Below, piece by piece: positions 25,201 to 38,935 of a stretch of 64,000 bases of DNA. Numbering within the stretch: position 1 is the stretch's first letter; each line of letters opens with the position of its first letter. Source of the stretch: Azolla caroliniana. Taxonomy: Eukaryota > Plantae > Polypodiophyta. The position numbers and the translations under genes are program-made. The notes below the pieces were generated by a model that was not told where the DNA came from, did not search any database, and worked only from the letters and a program-made list of their open reading frames with translations. The DNA is taken from positions 24,366,001 through 24,430,000 of the forward strand of contig JBHGNT010000001.1 in NCBI GenBank assembly GCA_043228905.1, in the 5' to 3' direction.

Positions 25201-26169
25201 ATTATAAGATATTAGAAATACGAAAAACATGTTGCGAAAAGTATTACAAAAACAATGGAACTTTATCATCTTTAGAAAGTCCCATCCTAAACATTAATTA
25301 CAAAAGCTCAACTGTTTGTACAAGAAAGTCAAACAAGGTTAGAATTCTTTGAAAGCAATAAGAATTTAGGTTGGTTAATGATATCTACAACAATCAAATA
25401 ATGAGAAATTTTGATATAATAATACAAGGAGCACAAGTACACACAATAGTAATTACTCATTTCAATAGAATGGGAAGGATGCTATTTTAAGTACAATAGA
25501 ATATTTCTATCGCACTCCAAGAAGATGGAAAAACAATAAGTCTGATTTATTGTTTGCACATAATATTCTAGTTTTCATAAAAATTAGGCCATTAAACCAA
25601 TGTTGATAAATGTTTCTTTGCAAATTTCCTGAAGCAAAAACTCAACAAGAGTGGACACTTGCATATTTATGATATTACTTCTTCATGTTAAGGAGAGAGA
25701 TGTTAACGGATAGATTTTAAGGTATAAATAAACATAAGGCTTATGCATTTCCTCATAATGGCATCCAAAAGTTAATGATGGCTCAAGGTTTTAGTGTTGG
25801 ATATGGTAGATACAATTACCTAGTGTTCAACATAACCAAGTCCTTAAGCCCTACTATATCAAAGAATAAAGACAGAACACTTTTGTTGGATATAGACATC
25901 ACAAAATCAATGGCAATGTGATTGTTGCATCTCTGTTGTAGCCATAGTCACGACGAAGAAGAGCTCAAGGTCGTTGCCTTGGAGCCTCTTGCTTGCATTC
26001 CTCTCTTACTATAGTGATCTTGTTCGGAGTTTATGGATTCCGATGGTTTTCCCTATTAGGGTTTCCACGTAAAATATCTTGTGTCTCAGTATTGCGTTTT
26101 TCTGCCTTCTACATTTCTATTATTCAAATCTTTGCACATGCATACGTTAGTGTAGCAATCGGTTGTGGC

Positions 26170-26660
26170 CAACCTCGATCTCAACAAACTGGTATCAGAG
26201 CGATGGAAGACTCATTTGGCAGCATGTTCAAATTAACCGGCTCCAACTATTCAGTGTGGAAGTCCAAGATGAGGGACATCTTGGTGTGCAAAGATTTATG
26301 GTTGCCAGTACCATGGTAAGACCAAACTGGACAAGATTGATGTACTGACTTGGGAAGTCATGCACCTAAAGACAATAGCGTACATAAGATGTTTTATAGA
26401 CATGATTCTATACAAACTGGTATCAGAGCAATGGAAGACTCATTTGGCGGCATGTTCAAACTAACTAGCTCTAACTATTCAATGTGGAAGTCTAAGATGA
26501 GGGACATGTTGGTGTGCAAAGATTTATAGCCGACCTAGATCTCAACAAACTGGTATCAGAGTGATGGAAGACTCATTTGGCGGCATGTTCAAACTAACCG
26601 GCTCCAACTATTTAGTGCAGAAGTCTAAGATGAGGGACATGTTGGTGTGCAAAGATTTAT
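26170..26660 (+). repeat. Triplicated PBS plus gag start
   Basis: TGGTATCAGAG at 26190, 26418 and 26551, each followed by ATGGAAGACTCATTTGGC. Confidence 0.9.
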
Positions 26661-26999
26661 GGTTACCGGTGCCGTATGGTAAGAACAAACTGGACAAGAT
26701 TGTTGTACCGACTTGGGAAGTCATGCACCTAAAGCCGATAACATACATAAGATGTTTTATAGACATGATTCTATACAACAACTTCAATGAAGAGAACAAG
26801 GCAGATGTCCTTTGGGAGAAGATCAATATTATGTTTGAAAACAAAAATGTTGTTAACAGAGTCTCGGTGTTCCGGACAATAGAGAGACTCCGGTATCAAG
26901 ATGGCTCCAACACGGAAGAGCATCGGAATGCCTTCCAAGAGTTGATAAACCAAACCACCTCTTTGAAAGTAGCTCTAGCCGACGAGGTATTAGCATTAT

Positions 27000-27086
27000 T
27001 GTGAAAGAATAGCGTGCGGAAGCAGTAGAAAACCGAAAACAGAAACACAGGTTTAATGGAGAGCTTAGAATATACACAGTACGCGG

Positions 27087-27129
<43 letters not shown>

Positions 27130-27435
27130 CACACAAACTCAATTCAAAAATATACTCAATTTGTACATCGTATGTGTTCAGTGAACACTTTTATACAACT
27201 CCATACGAACTGACAGAAGTATGGTGTACTTCAATGCTCACACGAGCGTCTAACACTAACTACGAGATATTAACTCCCTAGTAGTCTAGCTGCTACTTGG
27301 CTTCCGGTTACTGCTTGATCCGGCTAACCGGCTCCCCAACTCACCGGCTCACTTGCCCACTAGCTCACCAATCCGGCTCATCCTTCCGGATGCCGATCCG
27401 GATCTGGTTGAGCTTGCCGCTCAACAAGCTCAACA
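27000..27435 (-). mobile_element. Copia solo LTR
   Basis: TG...CA termini with TSD ATTAT/ATTAT; interrupts gag at VLAL|LLLGSLPDSWE. Confidence 0.9.
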
Positions 27436-29047
27436 ATTATTATTGTTGGGATCCCTTCCCGATAGTTGGGAGACACTCATCGTCACAAAGGGAAATGCTA
27501 GATCGGAAAGGGAACACTTATCCCTGGAGAAGGTGAAGTCGAGTTGATGAAGCTCATCAGAAGGACAGAGAGGCAATTTATGACCCAAAGGGCTTCAGCA
27601 TAGGAGAGCATCTGAATGCCTTCTAGGAACTGATAAACCAAACCACGTCTTTGAAAGTAACTCTAGTTGACAAGGTATTAGCATTATTATTGTTGGGATC
27701 CCTTCTCCACAGTTGGGAGACAGTCATCGTCACACTGGAAAATGCCAAACCAGAAGGGAAACACTTATCCCTGGAGAAGGTGAAGTCGAGTTGAAGAAGC
27801 TCGTCGGAAGGACATAGAGGAATTTACGACCCAAAGGCCTTAGCCACGGAAGGTGACACAATTCGGGGAAGAGGCTGGAATAGAAGTACCTAGAACCGAG
27901 AGAAGTCGGGGACAAGGTCGAAGTGAAGGGGAAAGCCCACGTGCTTCTATGGCAATAAGCTAAGGCACTTCCAAAAGAATTGCTAACACTTCTCAAAAGA
28001 TAAAGGGGGAGCTAATGATGCAGAGTCGAGGAAGATTTCCAGTAGAAAAGGCACGTCAGCAATCACGACAAGTGAAGAGACATTGTTGTTGATTAGTGAG
28101 CAATGTGAAGTGAACCTTGTCAGTGACGAAATGACATGGGTGGTCGACTCTAGAGCATCGTTTCACATGACCCCCGACCGGAAGTGCTTCTCATCATACA
28201 GAGCTGGAGACCACGGTTTTGTGAAGATGGGGAATGAAGGGGCATTCCGAATTGTCGACATAGGATAACTATGTTTGGTAACCTCAACCGGGTGCAAATT
28301 AGTGTTGAAGGGTGCTAGACACGTTCCAGACATTAGATTGAATATGATATTAGCCGGCCAATTGGATGATGAAGGCTACACGAGTAGCATCCAGAACGAC
28401 ATCTTGAAGTTCTGCAAGGGAATCTTGATTGTGGCTTAACCCTGGAAGACAAACACATTGGATGTGATGCATGCTCGATTATGCCGGGAAGAAGTGAATG
28501 TGGCAGTAGACATAGTCAGCGATGGTACAAGAGGTTGTGCCACATGAGTGAGAAGGGGATGCGGAGACCTGCTGACGACAACCTTGTTCTGGAGGTGAAG
28601 AATGTGCAACTTGAGAAGTGCACCGACGCTTGGTCGGCAAGCAGAACAGAACCTCCTTCTGAACTAGGCCCCCGACAAGGAAGAAAATATCGTTGGAACT
28701 AGTGCATACCGACGTATGCTATGTAGACACTAGGTCACATGCTGGTTCACAATATTTTGTGACCTTTATTCATGACTGTAGTTGAAAGTTGTGGGTTTCC
28801 GTATTGAAGAACAAGGACTAGGTGTTGTCAGTCTTCACGGAGTTCCAAGCGAGAGCCGAAAGAGAGACCAGTCAAAAGCTGAAAGCGGTTCGAGCAGACA
28901 ATGAAGGTGAATACTGAGGATCTTTTGAAGAATATTGTTGGTCGAAGGGAATCCGACTCCAATACACTGTGCCGAAGATGCTAGAACTCAATGGGGTGGC
29001 CAAGAGGATGAACCAGACCATCATGGAGAGGATCCGAAGTATGTTAG

Positions 29048-32000
29048 TGTTGAGAACATGACTATTTAGGTGTGGAACAATCTCAACACTCCTCTCTTGG
29101 GAGATCATTAACAGGTACAAGTCACATAGATTGAGGATTACAAGCAATTGAATCAAGCAACATGATCAACACGAATGAAAGAGAGAGAGAACAGAGCGTT
29201 AGGCACAAGATGACCTTTATTGCTAAGGCTCATCGGCTCAATATACAGAATGAACAAAAAAAACATCACCTACCAACTAGGTTACAAAGTCAATTTATAA
29301 ACAAGTGCCCTTCTTAGTATTTACAAGATTGGCCTAAACCTAGTGTGTACAAATGGGACAATGTAAATACGTCCATTAGAGACCTAGATTCGACAATCCC
29401 CCATAATGGACGTATACATCTGAAATTTGTAATATAAGAGAACGATGTACAAATTTGCACAAAGTTGTTGAACACATTGGATTTTTGTTCGAGTCAGTAA
29501 ACTCTGCAGAACAGAAGGCTGAATCGGTGGTGTTGGAGGAATTAAGACCGAACTTCGAACTATCGATGATGATTGTTTGAAACTATTTTGAATGTCCGAT
29601 TCAATCCGACCGATTATTCGTTACGCCGATCTGGTGCCGTAGAGATCGGAATCGATTCACCAAAAGACACTTGGTCCTCTCGCCTGTGACATTATCAGCT
29701 TTAGGTATCTTTTTGAGCCCGATTTTCCCTGAGATGATGCAATCCCGAACAAAATGATATCGAACGTTGATATGCTTGGAGGCATTGTGATGAACCACAT
29801 TTTTCGATAGAGCGACAACGCCCTGATTGTGGCTATAGAAAATTTGAGCTGAGTCAAATTCGACTTGTCGAAACATGCATTCCAGATGACCAAGCCATAA
29901 GGCCTCTTTCATTGCATCAAATGCGGTGATGTATTTAGCCTCAGTCGTAGATGTGGCAGTGCACTCCTCAAGTTTTGATTTCCATGAAATCACTCCATTG
30001 CCAAAATTGAAACAATAACTGATTGTTGATTTTCAACTGTCCACGCAATCGGCGAAGTCCGAGTCGGTGTATCTGACTACACATGAAGTGTTATTTGGGC
30101 TGAATAGGATGCCATAGTCTTTTGTACCCACTAGATATCTGGACACATGCTTTACAACATTCCAATGCGATCGGTCGGGATTGTCCACGAATCTGCTCAC
30201 GACTCCGATGACTTGAGCAATATCAGGCCGTGTCACGACTATCGCGTACATCAAGGAGACGACTGCGGGTGCATATGGTACAGACTTCATAGCTTCCCCC
30301 TCTGAACCGAATGTTGAGCAATCTTGCTGAGACAGCCGAAGGCTAATGGGGAGCGGGGTCCAAGCAGATTTGGCTGATTGCATGTTGAAGTGTTCCAAGA
30401 GACGTCCAATGTAGTTGGATTGAGATAGAAACAACTGTCTTCGATTTCGATTCCGACTTATCTTCATTCCGAGAACGTGTCTTGCTGAACCGAATTCCTT
30501 CAGGGTAAACTTCAACCGCAGTTGTCGAACAAGTTCGGCGAGCTCTCCTGAATGTCGACCGGAGAGTAGCATGTCATCCATGTAGATGATGAGGAAGATG
30601 GGAGACCCATCTCGAGGTATTTTCGTGAAGAGGCAGTGGTCCTCATTGTTCTTGGAGAAGCCCATTGATTGGATGAAGTCGTTGAACTTCTTGTACCACC
30701 GTCTCGATGCTTGTTTTAGGCTGTAAAGACCCTTCCTAAGTCAGCAGACTAGATGTTCTTGGACGGATGCCACAAAGCCTTTCGGTGCTCCATATAAATT
30801 TCCTCCTCTAAGTCACCATGGAGGAAGCCCGTTTTTACATCTAGTTGGATCAGCTCCAATTTCTCGGCTGCCACAACGCTGAGCGCAAATCAGAGGGTTG
30901 TCATTTTGAACACTAGTGAAAAGATTTCGTCGAAATTGAGGCCATATTCTTGTTGAAACCCTTTCGCAACTAATCTAGCCTTGAATTTAGGGGTGGCTAA
31001 ATTAGACGTCTCTTTTAATCTGTAGACCCACTTGCATGCAAGAGCCCGTTGAGTTTTTGGTAATTCGACCAAGTCCCAAGTTTTGTTTGCCCGAATGGAA
31101 CTTCATTTCTGACTCCATCACCAGATGCCATATGACTGAATCGGAGGATGTTGATGCTTCTTCGTATGACATTGGTTCACCGACATCCGTAAAGAAGATC
31201 CTGAGAGAGTATCTCTCCATAGGCTGCGACAATCTCTCGGATCTTCGAGGTATGACTGGACTAGTCGCATTGGGTATCGGGGTCAGATGGTCCAGATCCG
31301 AACCATCCGGCTGTGCCGAGTCGGTCCTAGAGGTTTTGATTACCTGTGAGACCTACCTTGTGCTATGTGTTGGGCCTTCTTGAAGGGTAGGCACTTCGGA
31401 AAAAGTGACCCTTCGGACTTCAATAGGCCTTTTGGCCGTCTTGTGCATAGCCGACTCATTGAATACGACGTCTGAACTTCGGATGATCTATCTGTGCTTG
31501 GGGTCCCAGAGTCGGTAACCGATTTGACCATCTGGTTCATAACCAAGGAAGATACATTTCTTGGACCTTGGTGCAAGTTTGCTGCAATAGTCTTCAGGAT
31601 GAGGGCGTACGCCTCGCATCTAAAAATCCTTAGTTTGTCATAATTTGGCTTACTACCGGTCCATAATTCCTGAGGTATTCGAAGTCGTAGAGGCCTACTT
31701 GGCAACATATTAATTATGTTTACTACCGTAAGTAGGGCCTCTGCCGAGAAGCCATCCGATACTCTAGAGTGTTGGAGCATGGAAACTATCCTTTCTTGTA
31801 CTGTCTGATTCATTTGCTCGGCAATTCCATTATGCTTTGGACTGTAGGGTGCCATATATTCACATCGAATTTTGTGTTGTCGGCAAAATTTGATGAATTC
31901 TTCATATTTGAACTCTCCTCCATTATCGATTTGAAGGCATTTCACCTTTCAACTATTCTGGTTTTTTACCATAACGAGGCAATCGGAAAAAATCGAGAAC

Positions 32001-34664
32001 ACTCGATCTTTAGTTTTGATAGGATACGCCCACATTTTCAGAGTCGAGTCGTCCATAAAGCTAACGAAATACAAAGCACCACCGAGAGACTGATGTGGCA
32101 TAGGTCCACAGACATTTGAGTGGAACAAATCGAGTGGACTCAATTCTCTCTGTGCTGATGCCGGGTGTGATGTAGCTATCTATTTTCTGTATTGGCAATG
32201 CTCGTAGAACTGATGATCGTAAAAGGAGAGTTTGGGGATATATCTGGCTCTAGATATATGCATGATGTCGGCCTTGCTGAGGTTTTTGAGTCATCCATAA
32301 TGATGACATGGGAATGTCAACCAAGAACAAGTCACCCTCTCTGAGTGTGATGTATAACGGGTATAATGAATGTACTTTTGGTCCTCGAGCAAGCAGGAGG
32401 TTCCCCTTGTGGAAGGTCCACCCTTCGGATGAGAATCCAACACGAATTTCTTCTTTATCAAGTTGTTCGATTGAGATCAATGGTCTTGAGAGCTCAGGTA
32501 CATGTCAGACATTGTGTAGTACCAATGTAAAGCCACCCAGAAGGTTGAGCTCTACTGTGAAGATTCCGATTATGGCACATCGTTGCAAATTTCCGGATCG
32601 AACTGAGTCAGAATGTTGGGCCGAGTATTGCCAAAATTGGGATCGATGAGGAGTCAGATGATATGAAGTGCCCGAAGCCAAGAGCCATTTGCTCAATTCC
32701 TAAGTCGTAAGTAGAACTTCTGATTTGACTAGGTTCTCAATGGATAGTATGATTGGGTTGCTCGGGAGTACTTCGGTTGAAGAGCCGACGTAATTGACCT
32801 CCTCATGCTGACCACCCTTCTGATCTGCTCACTGAGCTTTGTTGTTTTTGTCTTTGAGTGCACAACAATCGACTTTGATGTGTCCGGGTTTCTTGCAATA
32901 ATTGTAGTCTTTATTGTCCCGAGATTTCCTCCGACTTCACTAGTTGTTCGGCTCTTGACAAGAACTTCTTCCTCGACTGGCCGATCGATCGGTCGAACCT
33001 TGTACCACATATGCTTCGTTGGCTGAATCGTTTGCAAATGATTTCCTCAGAGCTACTTTAGTCATAATTGCACTTGTGGCTGACGAGTATTTGACGGCAG
33101 TAGTCAATGTGTTACACACGGTAGTGATGAAAGTTTCCCACGAAGGGGGTAGACTGCTCATGAACAACAATAATCTCAGTTCATCTTCGATCGTTGTCCC
33201 CTGCGCCACAGTTTGGGAGCTTAAACTTTTGTACTCATTAAGATGTGCTTGGACCGAGTCAGATTCTTTCATTCGAAGACTGTAAAGGCGCCGAATTAGA
33301 TATATCTTTGTGGGGGAAACCTTTCTTTCATAATTGTCCAAAAGTTTCTTCCATAGTTGGAAGGCAGTCAAACACGATTGCACTGTGAAGTACACAGACT
33401 CCGATAGGTGCATCCGAATTCTGGCATGGATGATTCTTTCTAGCTTTTGCCACTCAATTGGCTTCTATCCTTCTGGAGAGTTTTCGTTCTCAATTGGGTC
33501 GATTTGACCTTTGACTATTAGATAGTCCTGCATCTCTTCCTTCTAGATTTGTAAGTTGAATCCGTCGAATTTCCGTAGACTCATCTTTGACGAGCCGGAT
33601 GTTGATGCCATTTGTGTCAGTTTACTAAACTTTGTCCGGAGTCGACTACGAACAGTGATGGAGTGCAGCCGACTCGATCACCCGATATAGTTCTAGTTGG
33701 ATTTGAACACAAATCGAATTGACTTCGACTATTTGCGAGTTCGGTCTGAAGTGACTACACTCAAGAACTTAGCCGAATAAGACCCAAATTAGCCGATTTC
33801 GATTTCGATTGTTGATTTTAAGATGTTGATCACAGATTATCTAGGCCGAACATACTTCGGGTGACTGCAAGAATGAGAGGGACAAAGCCGACTGGTACTC
33901 CCAAATGTTGTTCAGCCGAATAAAGTGCGGATTGGGGTAGTTCCTTGGAGCCCAAACTGCTATAAGTGATTCCGACGAACGAGTGAATAACGTCGATTGA
34001 ACTATTTGATTGTCATCTTACCAGATGTAGCACACTTGAGGCAAAGTCTTGAAAATAAAATCTCACTCCGAGTGGCTACAATCACAAGGGTAAAGTAATA
34101 CAAACTGACTTACTTTAATGAACCAGGTGATTTAGAGCAATGGAGTGCAAGTTTTGTGGGTGTTTCTCTTCACACAAAAAAAGTGATCTTGTAGAGAGTT
34201 GCCAATTGCGTTCTTCACGAGGTAGAGAGGGAGAGTTGCTGATGGGGACTAAGTAGACGGTGGTGGTAAAATCGAAAGAAACGCTAAGCTCTGATTCTAG
34301 ATGTTGAGAACGCGGTTGCTTAGGTGTGGAACAATCTCAACACTCCTCTCTTGGGAGATCATTAACATGTACAAGTCACATAGATTGAGGATTACAAGCA
34401 ACTGAATCAAGCAACAAGATCAACACGAATGCAAGAGAGAGAGAACAGAGCATTTGGTACAAGATGAACTTTATTCCTAAGCCTCAACGACTCAATATAC
34501 AGAATGAACAAAAAATACACCACCTACAAACTAGGTTACAAAGTTAGTTTATATACTGACTAACTTAGGGCAACTTCCCTTCTTAGTATTTACGAGAATG
34601 GCCTAAACCTAGTGTGTACAAATGGGACAATGTGAATACATCTGTTAGAGACCTGTATTTGATA
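29048..34664 (-). mobile_element. Full-length degenerate Ty1/copia element
   Basis: LTRs 29048-29395 and 34302-34664; TSD GTTAG/GTTAG; decayed iMet PBS at ~34288-34299; PPT GGGGGAT; gag 32940-33610, PR WLLASGTSYH, INT, RT YMDDML, RH SWKSKL..TTEAKY. Confidence 0.93.
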
Positions 34665-35409
34665 GTTAGCACATGCCAAGTTGTCCAAGATGTTCTAGGC
34701 TGAGATGCTGATGACGACAGCGTATGTGATAAACAGATCACCCTCAACACCCTTGGATAGAGATATTCCACAAAAGGTGTGGACCGGCAAGGATGTCTCC
34801 TATTGACATCTGAGGGTGTTTAGATGTCTTGCCTACGTGCATGTGGCAAAGGACTAGAGGGGAAAACTAGATCTGAAGACTCAACCATGTATATTTCTCA
34901 GATACGGCGATGACGAGTTCCGCTGTTGGCTATGGAACTTAGCCGAGAAGAAGGTCATTTGGAGCCGAGACATAGATTTCATGGAGGAGAAGACAATTGT
35001 TGACTTGGAGAAAGAGAAGTCGGGTAAATCCTCCCTAACAGTCGAAAGTCGACTAAAGAACATGGAGTGCCAATCAAAGTCAGACCGAGAGTCGGGTCGG
35101 TTGAAGACCATTCAGGAGTCAGAGTCGGATCTAACGAGGAAGAAGAAGTAGTCAATTCTAACTCAAATGAAGAACCAGACGAAGGAGAAAACAAAGATCT
35201 TAGCAAGCCGGCTGAGGAAAACAGAGGAAGATGATACGCCTTGAGAGAAAGACGAGACCCATGGAGATTCCCGGATAAAGAATATGTGTTGCTAACCAAC
35301 GAGGGGGAGACGGAAAGCTTCGAGGAAGCAAAGAGGGAAAACCACAACCATAAGTGGTTAAGTTCCATGCAAGAGGAGATGGATTCCTTGCATGAGAACC
35401 ACTCATATC

Positions 35410-35661
35410 AGCTGACACAGATTTCTATTATCAAGAACACTCAATACAGTACTATTTGATTCCCTTTTTACATTCTTTCCATGCCCTTCTTATAGGGATC
35501 ATAGGTGGTCACGTTCAGAACATAAACCGTTACTACTAATAATAAATAGGTGCCATTCTAAGTCCATCTTCATTAATCCTCGTTTGGCCCCACTCGTCTT
35601 CTATTCTGCTTGTAATCGTTCTTCAGGCTTTTCACACTTGGGTCGTCCGGACCGGCCAACA
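35410..35661 (-). repeat. Truncated LTR related to the 51164/61096 LTRs
   Basis: Minus strand starts TGTTGGCCGGTCCGGACGACCCAAGTGTGAAAAG, versus TGTTACCCGGCCGGCAAAGACCAGGGTGTGAAAAG. Confidence 0.55.
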
Positions 35662-36802
35662 CATGGCACCTGGCAGCGGGGTATCCGCAGTGACGATAAG
35701 CCTGCCATTTTACGAGAAGCACAATATGGCATAGTTGGAAGGTTCTATGTAGGTGAAAGGACTGGCAAAGTGGGCTCTGGTGGCCAACAACGTAGAAAGA
35801 CGCAAATGTGTACTGTCGACAATGCGACCAGTGCCAGCACATGGGACAACCCTCCAGACAGGTATGCATGCCGCATCAACCGGTTCTACTATTGGAACCT
35901 TTTGAAACATGGGGTTTGGATTCGGTAGGCCCATTCAAATGAACGACGACATGATAGGAAATCGATATATTCTCGTCACCGCCGACTACTGCACTAAATG
36001 GGTCGAGGCAAAAGCATTACACGACAATACGGTGGTATCAATGGCGAAGTTCTTGTATGAGAACATCTAGTGTCATTTCGGTTGCCCCATCGAGCTCATT
36101 AGCGATCAAGGGGGTCACTTCATTAATAAGGTGGTACACGAGCTCACCGATCACTATACAATCATATATAAAAAAAGTACCCCTTACTACCCTCAGGCGA
36201 ACGGACTCGTCGAATCGACAAAAGAAACACTCCAAAAATCTTGAAGAAGATCGTCAACGACAACTGAACCGACTAGGACATGAAGCTACAAAGCGCCCTA
36301 TGGGATTACTGCACCAGTTTTAAAACCAATATCCAATCGACCCCGTTTAGACTGGCATTCGGACTCGAAATTGTAATGCCAATTGAATTCCATGTTTCAA
36401 GCATATGAGTACAGGTTCACGAACATCTAGGGGAAACTGAGTCGGAATAGATTCGACCTCAATAGTTGTTAGAACTAGGAGAGAGTCAGCTACATAACAT
36501 GAGCATCATGGAGCAGGAACAATGCCGGAGAAAAGCAGTTTTTTATCACCACTAAAAAGGGAACGAGAAACCATTCGGCATCGGAAAAGCTGTGTTAGTA
36601 TTCCACACGCGCATGGGGCAAATGTTGGGGAAACCCCGCTTCTGGTGGAGGGGGTCCTATTGGATAACGAATGCCGAAAACCACACTTTTGAGCTGGGGA
36701 CATTAGCTAGCAAAATCTTGCCCAAAAAGGTCAATTGGTTTCGGCTCAAGCCATATGTAGGCCCTACACCTGCAAACTCATTTGTGAAACAGCTAGAAGA
36801 AG
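35662..36802 (+). pseudogene. Gypsy non-chromovirus integrase fragment
   Basis: Homologous to 56170-57290: LLEPFETWGLDSVG, TDYCTKWVEAKAL, YYPQANGL.ES. Confidence 0.85.
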
Positions 36803-38506
36803 TGTAAAAGTTAATATGCAGAAACATAGATAAACCGGCTCAACCGGATAACAATAGTAAAACAGAAATGAAGATTTAATGGAAGCTTGAGGATACACAA
36901 TACACAAGAGAGGTACAGAGATCAGAACAATAATCTTAATATTCAAAATCACAACACTCTGTACATACAAATGCCCTACAGAACACTTTTTATACAAGTT
37001 CTTAAAAGGACTAACAGAAGTACTGACAAATACTTCAATGCTCATACGAGCGACTGACACTAACTCCAAGGAATATGCCTACGTACTAGGCTAAGATTGT
37101 AGGCCTCTAACAACCTACCGGTTACAATCTGATCCGGCTCTTGGCTCCAATCAACACTTCCCCTCAAGCTCAACTTCTGGTCGAATTGTTGAGTTAATGT
37201 CTGCCGAGCCTTGTAGTCGGCTTCTTCTGGCATCTTCTCGCTTTGCTCGCGCTCCTAGACCCATCCAGTTCTGCTTTCCACGACCCCTCTAGTCTCGCGC
37301 ACCTTGACCTTCTCGGTCGGCTTGTCTGCTCATAAGGCCCATCTTAGCTCCTTCGTTGTTGCGACTCAGGCTATTCTTGACCCGTTGGTTCCTTCGTGTC
37401 GGTGTCAACTTCCACTACCTCCTTGTCAGTTTGGCCTACATTTGATCTGACTCCTCCGATTATATCCAAATCGGGTGTCTCTCTTCAATCTTCAGGCCCT
37501 TCACCACATCAGACAACATTCAAGTCGTCACCTTCTTCCTCCGTCGACTCTGTCCGTCTTGCCACCGTCGCCACTTGTTCCGAGTTTATCGGATGTGCCG
37601 ACTTCTTCAGTCAACTCGGCTTCCTTTTTCTTCTTCTCTCCCCCTGCTTCGGTTGTTTCCTTCTCTCTAGTTGCTTGTATGGTGCCTTTGCCTGTTTTCC
37701 ATGTTTCCTCCTTTCTCCCCCTCAAGTGCGGCATGTCGAAATGCTAAAGACCAAGAATCTCCGAAAAGTGTTGCAACTTGTCGGTCTCGAGTGCCTTGGT
37801 GGATGTCCGCAACTTGTCGATCCATCCAGACATATCAGAGTTTTACTTTACCACTGAGGACCCACTCGCGCACGAAGTGATAATGCACTTCTATGTGCTT
37901 CGTCCAAGCATCGAACACAGGGTTCTTGGCTAGCTACATGTTGCTCATGTGGTCACTATAAATTGGGATCGGCGTCGGTATGTCGATCCAGAGGCCTTGC
38001 AGCAGCCGCCGAAGCCATATGGCTTCATAGGTGGCAACGGTATCGCCCCGATACTCAGGCTCAATGCATGATAGAGCCACAATCGGCTGCTTTTTGCTAC
38101 TTCACACAACAGTCGCGCTACCTAGAGAGAATATATAACCGGAAGTGGACCAATGATACGACACATCACTAGCCCAGTCAACATCTGTATATCTTACTAG
38201 CTTTTCAGGTATACCGTGTTGGTATAACAATCCCTGGTCCTTAGTGCCGCTAACATACTTGAATATTCGGTGCGAGAATTGAATGTGCGCCACGGTTTGC
38301 GTTTGCATGAATTGACTGATCATCCCGAGCTATCCCATCCCGACCGGATAGCTGATGTCGGGTCAGGTGATTGTTAAATATATAAGGCTTCCAACAATCT
38401 TTCAGAAGCCTCTTTCATTGCAGGCTGCCATGATATGGCAAGACTCGAACCCATGACCTTTCAGATCGGCGAATTTCATATCAGTGATGCCAATCACGAT
38501 GAATGT

Positions 38507-38573
38507 AGGGATGTAGCGCAGTTCGGTAATGCGTTTGTTTTGGGTACAAGATGCTACAGGTTCAAATCCCGTC
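38507..38573 (+). pseudogene. trnP-UGG: Plastid tRNA-Pro(UGG) fragment lacking the 3' acceptor strand
   Basis: AGGGATGTAGCGCAG..GGTA..GCGTTTGTTTTGGGTACAA..GGTTCAAATCC.GTC matches plastid trnP as recalled. Confidence 0.85.
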
Positions 38574-38612
38574 GATGTTATGTATGCAGCCAAAGAAAAA
38601 CTAAATTCTTGA
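38571..38612 (+). pseudogene. chlB: Plastid chlB C-terminal fragment
   Basis: VDVMYAAKEKLNS* resembles the ChlB C-terminus; the match is short. Confidence 0.7.
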
Positions 38613-38822
38613 TTCAATCATTTTGTTTATTACTAGGAAAAAGAAAACTCAGATAATTTAAATTTGTTTCACAAAGGGATTAGGCAGATAGCGTAGTCTA
38701 CTTGGGACCGGCGTACTTATTACTTTCTCGTACTGCCAAAAGCCAAAAGCATTATTTTATCAGTAATCCCGATTAATACAACAATAAGTGGAATGTGAGA
38801 GAAAAAGAATTTGGAATTGATT

Positions 38823-38935
38823 ATGCCCAGATCTCAAAGAAAATGACAATTCTATTGATAAGACTTCCACAATTTTAGCAGATATTTTGTTACAAGTTTT
38901 GCTGACCAGTAAAAGAGAGAGGAAAGCATCTATGT
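38823..38935 (+). pseudogene. ycf3: Plastid ycf3 exon 1 fragment with a 1-nt insertion
   Basis: MPRSQR/NDNSIDKTSTILADILLQVLLTSKRERKAS versus the consensus MPRSQRNDNFIDKTFT..ADILL.. Confidence 0.88.

Larger units (their letters stand above)
25930..35420 (+). mobile_element. Degenerate copia (Tork/Tnt1-like) element, 3'-truncated, hosting two insertions
   Basis: LTR end TCAACA at 26186; PBS 26190-26201 directly followed by the gag ATG; WVVDSRASFHMT (PR); INT split at SML|AHAKL; RT start near 35300. Confidence 0.85.
38461..38935 (+). other. Mosaic nuclear plastid DNA (NUPT) inserted in the 5' LTR
   Basis: Absent from the 3' LTR; contains trnP, chlB and ycf3 pieces. Confidence 0.85.

Noticed and set aside
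35662-35680. CA-TGGCAC next to an LTR end, resembling a third tRNA-Arg-like motif
   Set aside because: It is host integrase sequence (HGTWQRG aligns with DGIWRRA at ~56170), and the match stops after 6 nt.
38507-38580. Functional tRNA-Pro gene
   Set aside because: The 3' acceptor strand is replaced by chlB sequence.
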